A stretch of DNA of 64,000 bases, from assembly GCA_964016885.1 (NCBI GenBank), contig OZ024741.1, forward strand, positions 151,466,001 to 151,530,000. The letters are read 5' to 3'. Source of the stretch: Eledone cirrhosa (Eukaryota). This document shows, piece by piece, positions 1 through 12,289 of this stretch (its first letter is position 1; the number at the start of each line of letters is the position of its first letter). Below the pieces are notes generated by a model. That model was given only the letters and a program-made list of their open reading frames with translations. It ran no database searches and was not told where the DNA came from. The position numbers and the translations under genes were made by a program.

Positions 1-469
1 AAAATAAAGTGTAACATGAACACAGACATTATACGGTTTATAATATTATGATAATAAAATCAATCATATTAATTACTGTTTAATAGGCTTTCTTCGTTTC
101 ACCATTCAGAAGTTCTTATTGTAAATAAGCGTAATTTAATCTTTGACATTATAGTAGAAGGCTTTGGTAGTCACGTGACCTGCCATATGACTTTTCTGGC
201 GATATATTATTCTAAAACATTTAAGCGAATTATATAGTTGTTAATTAGTAATTTGTCCTTGTGTATTATTTGCTTTTCGGCAACGTCTTCTGCAAATAAT
301 AAATTTGAAAAATTCTGAAGTTGGAAGAATTTCTCGCGGCACATTTCTTTATATGTTCATTCAGTGAAAACTTGTATTTATATCTTTGTTGTTGTTGGAT
401 GCTCAGACATCCTCATAGATTATATCTAGTTATTCCAATTTAATTTACTCCACATCGGACAAAATACTT

Positions 470-757
470 GACAGCATTTGCACAGATCTTTTCATTTCAA
501 GTTCAAATTCGGTTGAGGCCAACTTTGTATTTCATCCTTTCGGGGATGATAAAATAAAGTACCATTTTTCCTTTCATCCTTACGAGGTTGATAAACTAAA
601 GCACAAGTAATGCACTGTGGTAATTGCTGGCCTTTTGCCAAAAGTAGAAGTAATTATTATTAATATTGTAAGGGCGAGGGATTGGTAGTATCAGTAGAGC
701 GTCAGACACCATGCCTTGCATCATAGAATGATGGCCCTTTACGTTCTGAGTTCAAAT
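470..757 (+). mobile_element. tRNA-headed SINE, two partial copies
   Basis: B box GTTCAAAT and core TTTCATCCTT.CGGGG..GATAAAATAAAGTACCA. Confidence 0.8.
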
Positions 758-845
758 CATTAATATTGTAGTAGTAGTAGTAGTAGTAGTAGGAGTAGTA
801 GGAGTAGTAGTAGTAGTAGTGAGTAGTAGTAGTACCAGTAGTAGC

Positions 846-891
<46 letters not shown>

Positions 892-1128
892 TAGATGGTG
901 ATATTTTCATGACATTTTCTATCTTCTATTGGGTCATTTTACTGTGTAAATACATGATTAATTCATTTCATAGTTTCACGTCAGACACTTCAACTCTCTT
1001 CCATTGATAATGTGCTAGCCTTGCGACTATTAATCACATCATCTACTTATCCTCTCTGTGTGTTTGCGTGTATGGGTATGTGTTTGTATGTGTCTTTTGA
1101 CACTGAAATTGTGCAAACAAGTAGAAAG

Positions 1129-1277
<149 letters not shown>

Positions 1278-1721
1278 TGAGGACGAGAGAGAAAGAGAGA
1301 GTAAGAGAGGGAGAGGGAGACTGGGAAGAGAGGGATAGACAGACAGACAGGCAGTTAGTTTAAGATGCTCAACAATGAGAAACGAGTAAAATCCAACAAA
1401 GAAAATGTTATTAGTACGAATGTTATTAGTTTAAATCTAGAAGGAAATAAATGGATGTCATTTACGTTTCGGACGTTAATGCTTTATCAGAAGGAAAATA
1501 ATAGGAGAAGGGATTTGAAAGAAAAAAGATAAAGGGAAATGCGGAGAAGGATGATTGTTGGGTAAAATATAAAAACGGATGTGGGGGCGTATTGTAGATC
1601 AGGTAAAAACATTTCTTCTAGAGTGGCACCAGTTCGGTGCCTGGGAACATCTGTGCGTGTGATACAGTATGCTATCGTGAAAATCTGTGTGAAGAGTTGC
1701 TGGCTGAATGAATGGGTGATT

Positions 1722-1767
<46 letters not shown>

Positions 1768-1939
1768 TGCAACACTCATCTTTTTCCATTTCTCCGAGGG
1801 TTATAAACCCCACTATCAGGCTAGAAATGTCTTTAGTCTAAAATACGGTGAAAGCTTATAATTTCTAATTTCAAACACGCGCACCGTTTCAAAAACATAC
1901 TTACATGTTTACGTTTATAATTTGCTTATATATATATAC

Positions 1940-2783
<844 letters not shown>

Positions 2784-2785
2784 CT

Positions 2786-3153
2786 GATGGTAGCTAAGAT
2801 GCTTCCATAGGCAGTATGCCGGTTGAGCACTCTATGCTCTTACAGAGCAGAGTATGATAGAATAGAAAACGAAAAATCAGTGATGCACCTGAACTCAATT
2901 TATTGTGTGTTACAATTGTTTCGCCGGCGGACAGCTCTAGACGCGATCATTGTGTGAATCTGTTTGATTCTGGACCCGCAGGTTCGGCGGACACGTCTAA
3001 TGATTTCGAAATCATTAGACGTGTCCGTCGAACCTGCGGGTCCAGAATCAGGGCAGATCCACACAATGATCGCGTCTCCAGCTGTCCGCCGGCGAAACAA
3101 TTGTAACACACAATAAATTGAGTTCAGATGCATCACTAATTTTTCGTTTTCTA

Positions 3154-3157
<4 letters not shown>
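2786..3157 (-). mobile_element. Palindromic non-autonomous element (~150-bp arms, no spacer) with a one-sided tail
   Basis: Hairpin centred at 3007/3008 (TTCGAA). The same family occurs at 26096-26417 and 58590-58946. Confidence 0.75.
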
Positions 3158-3238
<81 letters not shown>

Positions 3239-3268
3239 ACACACAGACACACACACACACAGACACAT

Positions 3269-3299
<31 letters not shown>

Positions 3300-4346
3300 C
3301 ACACATATATATGTATATATATATATTATATATAGTAATATAAGAATGTAATTTAGAATGCAGATTCTCTACTTACTGAACGTTAAATCTTTTTTAAATT
3401 ATTATAAGTTTACATTGACTCTCCCAATATATAAACAAATGAATGTATGTATATAAACATAAATCTATGTAGAATAATTCCGAGGTGCAAGTTTGTTTCG
3501 GGTATCTTGATGAATGTAAAGATGCAAGCAGAAGCCTAACCACACCGAAGACAAATTATAGATACTAGCAGAAAACCACCCGGGTGGTTTTCTGCTAGCA
3601 TGTGCAATGTGCATATTGATATTATACGCAATGCATGTCGATATGATACATCAAATAAAATCGTAATTGACAATATACACAGAAATTGAACGAAGACTGC
3701 GTTACACTCTCTTATGGAATCAGTAAATAATCCATGATACATTAAAAAAAGACGATATTATATATAAACTGCATTAGGAGAAAATTAGTGAAGGAAATAT
3801 ATAAATGTTTATTTAAGCGATCGCTAACAGGAAGTGTTGATATTTGAAAATTTTGAAGAAGTGAATCTTAAAATAGGCCACAATATTATTTATATTTAAT
3901 CAAGAATAACGAAATTTAGTAGATAAATTTTGAAATATTCATTCATTATTTATTCAAAGTAATCCAACTTATTTTACAAACGGGGTAAAAAAATATATTC
4001 TGGACGCAGTCCTGCACTCCTTAATTGATTATAGTTTAGATTTCGTTTACTCCATCTTGTCTTTCACAGAGAAAGACAAGTTAATGTAAACAAAATAAGA
4101 CCAGAAAGAAGAGGAGTCACATAGGAAAACAGAGGAGGTCACAAAATGTGTGTAGAAAGAACTTTGACGAACTAAATAATAACTAATAACAAAACTAAAG
4201 TAAAAATCAAAGTGTGTGATATTGGCAACATGACCGACCTCCAATATAACTATGTGTTTCAACACACGATTTCACATCAAGAACCTTGCAAAATAAATAC
4301 ACACCCACACATATAACCCCATACATACATATATACACACATACAC

Positions 4347-4395
<49 letters not shown>

Positions 4396-4478
4396 TATAC
4401 GCACATATATATATACATATATACACACATATATATAGATATATACACATATATATATATATATACGCAGACACACAC

Positions 4479-4555
<77 letters not shown>

Positions 4556-4647
4556 TATACTGATATAAATATTTACTTTTAAGTATTGATTTTCCGCTTC
4601 TGTATTATCATTCAATCTATCTGTCTCTCTCACTGTATCTCTGGATG

Positions 4648-4749
<102 letters not shown>

Positions 4750-5599
4750 AGCTTATCGTTGTATATCTACCTCCTTATCCATCACCAACACAACATTATG
4801 TCAGTTTCCGGCATCAAGTGAATTATTCAGTCGCACATTCTCAGGTTGATCAGATGATATTCAGGGGAGATAAATAAACATCTCCCAAAACCTAATTAAT
4901 AAAACCAACAAACAGATTGATGTGAGCAGTGAATATACACGTATATACTTGAGATCACTATTCACGTATGTGCTTGAGATCGCCTCTAGATGAATGCAAG
5001 TTTTATTGAGCAACGAATTTTTCTCGTCGTGGCTGCTGTCTGCTCGGATTCAAGCAGACATATAATTGGGTTCAGCAGACATATAAATCAAAGGCGTTCA
5101 AGCAATGATCATAGTGTCTTTCTTAACTCTTCTAATACCAAAGTACTTGATACTGCCAGTAATTCTACGATACAAAGCATTTTGTTTTAAAATGTTTTCA
5201 GTTATTTAAAAACTTTCCATCATAATTCTTTGCATGAACCTTCGTTACGTTGCATTCTAACACTCATCTTGTTTTTATACTACAAAACACTTTGTTTTAA
5301 AGAGTTTATTCTTATTTAATAAACTGCCATTATAGATCTATGCAAGAACCCTTGTTAAATTATGGTCGAAATCTAATAATGGAAAGCTTAGTTATTTCAA
5401 TAAATCCAAATAGGCCTCTAATTGTGTAAAGCCGTAAGATTTAATTCTAAAATGATTTGGCTGTTATTTCTAGTAATATCGGAAGATTAAGTAGATGACA
5501 CATCGTCCTATAATCAATCATCAAATGTTTACAACAGCAACAAGAACAACAGCTAAAACAACTACAATTCAAATAATAAAACCACACAACCATCACCAC

Positions 5600-5604
5600 C
5601 AGCC

Positions 5605-5703
<99 letters not shown>

Positions 5704-5790
5704 TGATAACCACTAAGCTGCCGACCACCACATCCACCTCCAATAATAACAACATCATCACCACCACCAATATCAACACCAACACCACTG

Positions 5791-5845
<55 letters not shown>

Positions 5846-5870
5846 CACAACAACAACAACAACAACACTA
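5600..5870. repeat. (CTG)n/(CTA)n/(CAA)n microsatellite
   Basis: Direct reading. Similar tracts occur at 768-890 and 56130-56496, and dozens of (TA)n/(CA)n/(GA)n tracts occur throughout. Confidence 0.97.
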
Positions 5871-6222
5871 TCAAGCCTTTATAACCAATATATCGTTTAA
5901 TGATAGATCTTCGTAAAATATTTGAGCTTATAATCAATGTTTGTGGGAGTGTTTTCTTACAGAAGTATGTGCAGGTGTTTCTGTGTGTATTCTATACTTG
6001 CTGTATGTATATGTTGTAATTTCTATACGTTGCCTGAGTAGAGTCGACTGCACGAATATACATAAAAATTGCCGCATATTGCAATTGTCACACACAGATA
6101 CTCAAATACACATATACGTCATCGCGCCCTATATATGCAGATAAACAAATAAATGCATACATCGATACAGTGTATATATATATCGATTGGTTATTGATCG
6201 ATTGGTTATTGATTAGGCGATA

Positions 6223-6332
6223 CCCGCTGATGAAGTCGCGTTAGCCGATTGTGCATTGTTGCATAATATATGCAGACAGATGGTGCAGTGCACCTTACTG
6301 CTGCATTAGTGCGGCAGAAACTCGAGTCCGGG
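6223..6332 (+). ncRNA. Type I hammerhead ribozyme, canonical core, expanded stem II
   Basis: CCCG-CTGATGA-aGTCGCGTTAG...TTAGTGCGGCa-GAAA-CTCGAG-TC-CGGG. GUC cleavage triplet and palindromic stem III. Confidence 0.8.
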
Positions 6333-7345
6333 AACCTTATAGGCAAGTAACTATGTGTATACTCTGTTATGTATCTTATATTGCCCATTTAGTGCGCTGA
6401 GATACAACCGGTACTGGCATTGATAAATATGATGGGTCCGTCAAGCCTTATCATATATATATATATATATATATATACAAGCAAATTATAAACGTAAACA
6501 TGTAAGTTTGAAATTAGAAATTAGAAATTATAAGCTTTCACCGAATTTTAGACTAAAGAAATTTCTAGCCTGATAGTGGGGACTATAACCCTCGGAGAAA
6601 TGGGAAAAGATGAGTGTTGCCGTTCATGTACATCGTTACTCGATAAAACATGAAAATCAGCGTTATGTAACAACACTCGCAGACAAGGCTTGGCAGCTGC
6701 GCAAAAATAACCAACAATTTAAACTAAAATGGGATATAATACCACCTGCCCCTGCATATTTCCAAGGACTGGAATTTTGTAAATTGTGTAATATGGAAAT
6801 ATTTTGTATTACGAAATCCAAAAATATGTTATTAAATAACAGAATAGAGCGATCGTTATACTGTAATCATCGCTTGAAATCTACATTTTCATATTACAAA
6901 CGCTACCAGGATAGAACGCCTGTCTCCATCTCCGTTTGATTGTCAAAATACATATTAACATTCTCTATTAGTCTTAAATCTATCAACTCTTCTATTCTTT
7001 ACCATTTAATATAAACTGCTATATATAAAATGAGATTTCTTAATTCAATTCTCTAATGCATATAACAGCAGGCTACCAGCATTGTTGTTATATAGTAGCA
7101 GTGAAAATCTCTCTCTTCCTTACTTGACACTTTATATCTGTATTAATACTACTACACCAAACGACCAGCCCTGTCCATTGTTCAATTGGTCAAATATAGA
7201 TTAAAATAGGCACTCCCAAAAATTCTTATTTAGATAAAATACGCCATATACTCATTGTATTCTCATTAAAAACCTTATATACTTGTTTACTTTCTTACAA
7301 TTAATATAAATACTTTGATTTTTCTGATTTTTTTCCAATTTATCC

Positions 7346-7676
7346 AATATCTCTGAAGAAGTGACAACTGATTATACATTTGCTATCGAATACTTGCTAA
7401 CATTATATGATTACGCAAGCAGGTCGGTGGATTGGCAGTATCGGTAGAGAGTCGGACACCATGCTTTGAAGCATAGAGTTACGTCCCTTTATGATCTGAG
7501 TTCAAATGCCGCCGAGGTTAACTTTGCCTTTCATCCTTACGGGGTCGATAAAATAAAGTACCAGTAATGTCCTGGGTAATTGCTGGCCTTGTGCCTAAAA
7601 TAGAAACAATTATATGATTACGCAAGCAGCGATACATAGGTATTCCGTCTGTTACAGAAACATATGTCAATACCTA
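7346..7676 (+). ncRNA. Type I hammerhead with long stem II, interrupted by a SINE
   Basis: CTGAAGA-aGTGACA ... TGTTACa-GAAA-CATATG-TC, then AATAAA. Stem I is weak. Confidence 0.6.
7423..7609 (+). mobile_element. tRNA-headed SINE (Meta-domain-like core), full length, with TSD
   Basis: A box TGGCAGTATCGG, B box GAGTTCAAATGCC, core GCCTTTCATCCTTACGGGGTCGATAAAATAAAGTACCAG, TSD ATTATATGATTACGCAAGCAG. Confidence 0.92.
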
Positions 7677-7826
7677 ATAAATTCCTTTATAAAAGCACTT
7701 TCATTTTATATTCATCTTTTCTATATTTTCTCCGGAATATAATTTATACTCGTTGAGAAAACCTACACGTACGCTGTTCATCTCTAACGTGACGATATAT
7801 TATCACTACATTATTGATAACTTGAA

Positions 7827-7871
<45 letters not shown>

Positions 7872-7955
7872 AAGTATGGGGTCATACTTTTTCCTATTTC
7901 CCGCTCTACTACCCTAAGTATTGAGTACTCTGGTCCATCTATAACAATTCCTTTG

Positions 7956-8004
<49 letters not shown>

Positions 8005-8006
<2 letters not shown>

Positions 8007-10003
8007 CATACGTCAAGACGGGCGGTCTCAAAAAAGAAACTAATTTTTGACAGTTACGTAAGTGATTACTTTCAATTTGGATTGTGAATTTGTTTGTTTT
8101 TTTACAACAGGTTTCTATAGTGATATGGTGTTAATTAGTATTGCGGGTACGTGATTTTTTCTTCTTTTTTTGTGTATTGTGTGTACGGAAAATTTTTTTT
8201 TAAATAACTACATAGTTATACGTTTCTGGCATATAAAATATAAATTGACGTACCTTATGAAAATCCTTATTACACCCTATAAATAGCTGAAATAAAGTTG
8301 ATCTTCCCGCCAAACTTGTTGGCACCAACTCTCTGCCGCCAAAGAAATTCAGCTAAATATGAGGGGAATAAAGCATCGCTTGTCCCATGCTGGCGACGAA
8401 GCTTTTTCTTTGCACGGCTCCAAGTGTTCTCTATGAGTTGTGTGTGCACATTAGGGTCTTCAGGATCTACAAAATTCCGTTGGTGCACAACAACATCATG
8501 GAGGTAAATACCACCTTGAATGTCTTCAATATCCGAATAGGAAGCCCAACCATCGGACATGATGTGGCTTCCTGGCAAAATCCATTGCTGTATGATGGGG
8601 ACAAGAGTCTCACGGCTTCGATCTGGGACTTCGATGAGGCAGCAGCGCCCAGAATGGCGTTCTACAGCGCCGAAGACCCAGTGGCCTTGTCTCCACTGGC
8701 CACGATGATTATTTCTATGAAAGTATTTTGATTCGTCGATCTCTACAATGATCGACGAACCATTCTCAACGAATCCTCCAAGCTGTTGAGGATTCGCCTC
8801 CAAATACTGCTCACAAATTTCTCTAAGGAAATTGCACCAGTCTATAATTGTCGGCTTGCTAAGTCCTGTTTCTCTCATCATCTCAGTTTGGGCATGATCG
8901 TAGCACCACATATAGATAATGCCAATAAGGTGTTCGAGTCGAACACGGCTTCGATAAAATATAGAATTCCGTCGCACCGATTGACTAAATTTGTCGCGGC
9001 CGCATCGCCATCTCCATTTATCAATCCCCTCAGAATATCTTTGCAATGTGTACGACTCATTGCAGACAGGACAATTCACACTGTTCGTCAACAGACGCCG
9101 ACTCGCCAACCACTGTAACATACACAACGTGTCACCGTGTATCGCCGGACACAGTGTATACACTGTTTCAAAACGATTAATAATGGCATTGGTATCCAAA
9201 ATATCTTCAACTAAGGTAACGCGACCATACACTCGTCCAGCCATATTTGATGTGACACTGTATTAGAATCCAGCCCTTCGGTGCTTCGTTTAAAAAATAT
9301 AAAATTTTCCCAGCCCTTCTGACGCCAATCTGCCTTTCTGACCCCAAGCTGCCCCTCTGACCCAAATCCCTTATCATTCTCTGTCCTTCTTATGACCCTA
9401 CCTTAATTTCTTTGGGGACAGAGAGTTGGTGCGAACACGTTTGGCGAGATGATCAACTGAATTTCAGCTATTTATAGGGTGTAATAAGGATTTTCAATAT
9501 TTATTTATTTCAACACACAATGTCATTATTTAAAAAAAAAACATACAATTGTGTACATGCATATATATATATACATATACAAATTCATACAAATGTGTAT
9601 GTGTGCATAAATATATATATACATACACATATATATATATACAGACACATATATATTCACACAAACACACATATATATACACACAAACACATATATACAC
9701 ACAAACATATATATATACGTCTAAACCCATGCTTGCGTGGAAGATAGACGTTAAACGATGATGATGACACAAACACATATATATATATACAAACACACAC
9801 ATATATATATATACATACACACACACACATATATATACACATATATACACACCCACACATATATATATATATTAAGAAATCCATACAATTGCGTGTGTCT
9901 GCATTATACTTTCACTATTGAGACCTGTTGTAAAAAAACAAACAAATTCACAATCGTAACTGTCAAAAATTAGTTTCACTTTTGAGACCGCCCGTCTTGA
10001 CGT

Positions 10004-10008
<5 letters not shown>
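8005..10008 (-). mobile_element. Merlin (IS1595/ISXO2-like) DNA transposon, full length, inserted in a (TA)n tract
   Basis: Terminal inverted repeats GGCATACGTCAAGACGGGCGGTCTCAAAA... at 8005 and its reverse complement ending at 10008. GG...CC termini, (TA)n on both flanks, and an enclosed DDE transposase ORF. Confidence 0.93.
8270..9244 (-). CDS. Merlin/ISXO2-like DDE transposase, 324 aa, uninterrupted
   Basis: N-terminal Zn-ribbon (CPVC...WRWRC), HTH region, and catalytic motifs VEIDES, IMSDGWASY and HTQLIENTWS, with C-terminal YLAEFLWR. These are typical of IS1595/Merlin transposases. Confidence 0.93.
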   Translation of the reverse strand: MAGRVYGRVTLVEDILDTNAIINRFETVYTLCPAIHGDTLCMLQWLASRRLLTNSVNCPVCNESYTLQRYSEGIDKWRWRCGRDKFSQSVRRNSIFYRSRVRLEHLIGIIYMWCYDHAQTEMMRETGLSKPTIIDWCNFLREICEQYLEANPQQLGGFVENGSSIIVEIDESKYFHRNNHRGQWRQGHWVFGAVERHSGRCCLIEVPDRSRETLVPIIQQWILPGSHIMSDGWASYSDIEDIQGGIYLHDVVVHQRNFVDPEDPNVHTQLIENTWSRAKKKLRRQHGTSDALFPSYLAEFLWRQRVGANKFGGKINFISAIYRV

Positions 10009-10058
<50 letters not shown>

Positions 10059-10090
10059 AGAAATCAAAAGATGGTTAAAGGAGTTCCATA

Positions 10091-10160
10091 TATTTTATTA
10101 TGCGCATTTCGAAAACAACATCATTGTGGGAGGAAAATTGTGTTCTCATGAGATAAAATA
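10091..10160 (-). ncRNA. Hammerhead motif with mutated core (CTCATGA)
   Basis: TATTTTAT-CTCATGA-GAACACA...TGTTTTC-GAAA-TGCGCA-TA-ATAAAATA. Confidence 0.65.
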
Positions 10161-10487
10161 AGGTAACATGATATGAAGCCTAAAAACACTTGTCAACAGG
10201 AAAATGCAAAGTCTACATATGACAAAAATATAAGAGTAAGAAAAAGATAGGAAAATAGAAGAAAGGAAAGAAGAAGGAGAAAAAGGAAAAAGGAAGAAAG
10301 AAGAGATAGAGAAAGAGAAAGAGAAAGAGAGAGAGTGACTTTTGATCAGGAACGCTGTCAAAATGAAAACAGCTGCAAATAACGGCTAAAAAGTAAATTG
10401 ATGAGTGGTATGTGCGAACATTATAGATGGTATTCAAAACTTAGAGGTCTAATATATAGAACTGGGGATATTATTTTATATTGGGTT

Positions 10488-10671
10488 GGTCGATTGGCAG
10501 TATCGGTAGAGGGTCGGACGCCATGCTTTCACGTATAGAGTTACGCCCCTTTATGATCTGAGTTCAAATCCCGCCGAGGTTAACTTTGCCTTTCATCCTT
10601 ACGGGGTCGATAAAATAAAGTACCAGTAATGCACTGGGATAATTACTGGCCTTGTGCCAAAAGTAGAAACA
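10488..10671 (+). mobile_element. SINE, full length, with TSD
   Basis: Same consensus; TSD ATTATTTTATATTGGGTT. Confidence 0.92.
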
Positions 10672-11608
10672 ATTATTTTATATTGGGTTTAAATACTAAA
10701 ACTTGGATTAAGAAGTGTAAACATGTATTAATAAAATAAAATAAAATAAAATTAAAGATAAGTATAACAAATATTTTTATATGAAATAAAATAAAATAAA
10801 TTAAATAAATAAAAAAAAAAATAAAATAAAAAAAATAAATAAAAATAGTCTGTCTATATCAAAATTAAAAAATTCTATTAAAAATCTATATATGTGGGGT
10901 ATACTATTTAATTATTATTTTATATCAACAGTAAATAAAGGAAATTGCTAGAATGATTTATAAACGTAAAAAAAACATATGACGTCATAGTTTGTTTACA
11001 AAATCTATGAAGGTTTGAGCGAAAATTTCAGGCTATCGAAAAAAGGTCAAAGGCTTAAAATATGCTGAGAAAACTAAATTTATACATTGTAGAATATAAT
11101 GAAATACGTGTAAAAAAATATATAAAAAAATATATATATGTAAAAAGAATATATATGTAAAAGAATATGTGTAAAAATTAACCGTTATTCGTGGAAAAAG
11201 TTATAGGACATTAGCTATATACTTTGTGAAAGGTCTTGAAGGATTTATGATTACAAAGACCAAATCAATCTGTTCTTCTATTTATTATAGAGTTGAAATT
11301 CGAGATAATGGTACATTTTTCAACTAGACATCAATTACAAACACTAGATATGTAAGCATTGAAGTACGGAGATGCGTTGTAGATTTTACGCCAAGAAATG
11401 TCGTAATTAATGTTTTAGTCTTTCTCTTTGTTCCTTCTTCCTTTTGCCTTTTTTCCTTTTTTCCTCTCTTCACTTTCTTTTTCCTTTTTCTCCTTCTTCT
11501 TTCCTTTCTTCTATTTTCTTATCTTTTTCTTACTCTTATATTTCTGTCATATGTAGACTTTGCATTTTTCTTTTGACAAGTGTTTTTAGGCCTCATATCA
11601 TGTTACCT

Positions 11609-11677
11609 TATTTGATCTGATGAGAACACAATTTTTGTCCCAGGATGATGTTGTTTTCGAATGCGCATAATAAAATA
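11609..11677 (+). ncRNA. Hammerhead motif with GAAA shortened to GAA
   Basis: TATTTGAT-CTGATGA-GAACACA...TGTTTTC-GAA-TGCGCA-TA-ATAAAATA. Confidence 0.65.
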
Positions 11678-12289
11678 TATGGAACTTCTTTAACCATCTT
11701 TTAATTACTTCTTTAATATATACTCCAGTTCTACCAACTGTAAGTGCTACTTATCTGATATATGCATAGTTTTATTGTTCTACAATATTAATCACCTTCT
11801 CTCTCTCTATATATATATATAGTTATACTTGGGGAGGGTCATATTGTTGTAATAATATTCCCAGAATTAATAACAGAACACACTCACTGTTTGGTTGGTT
11901 TTCGCTTCTGTATCTTTTATATCAGTTAATTTATTCGGTCCTCAATGTTTACCATTGACTGACCAACGGTCAAAAATACAGATATAATATAGATATAAAC
12001 ACATATATATAGTCTAACAAAGTTCTTTCGTTGCAGATTCGCAACATCGTCAGTGGTGCTATTATGTTCCTCCTGTTGTATTGTATATCTACGCCATCTT
12101 TATTTTATCTGTTTATTTATTTATTTATTTTTGTCTTCTCTGCGCATGCGTTTGCGTGTGTGTATACTGTTTGGTGTGTGTTCGCGTTTGGGTGACTGTG
12201 TTTTGGTTATTATATTCTATCTTAGTTTACTAGTGTGTGCTTATATGTGTTTGTTGTTATTGTGTTTGTGTATATATTTATTTATTTAT

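Larger units (their letters stand above)
6620..7790 (+). mobile_element. PLE (Hydra-like) 3' fragment: endonuclease C-terminus and 3' UTR with a hammerhead
   Basis: HRYSIKH...TTLADKAWQL...LKWDII...CKLCNME...LLNNRIE...CNHRLK at 6630-6939, and a hammerhead at 7346-7673. Confidence 0.75.
10053..11790. mobile_element. Probable PLE remnant bounded by ~270-bp inverted repeats, each carrying a hammerhead
   Basis: About 10053-10330 is the inverse of about 11445-11715. (TA)n flanks; the decayed interior contains a SINE. Confidence 0.65.

Noticed and set aside
5180-5362. Degenerate ~110-bp tandem duplication, possibly a coding repeat
   Set aside because: It has stops in the candidate frames and no recognisable domain.
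7423-7515. tRNA genes at SINE heads
   Set aside because: A and B boxes are present, but there is no cloverleaf and they continue into the SINE body.
8270-9244. Bacterial IS1595 contamination
   Set aside because: It is embedded in host microsatellites and contains a host microsatellite/SINE-tail insertion, which fits a eukaryotic Merlin.
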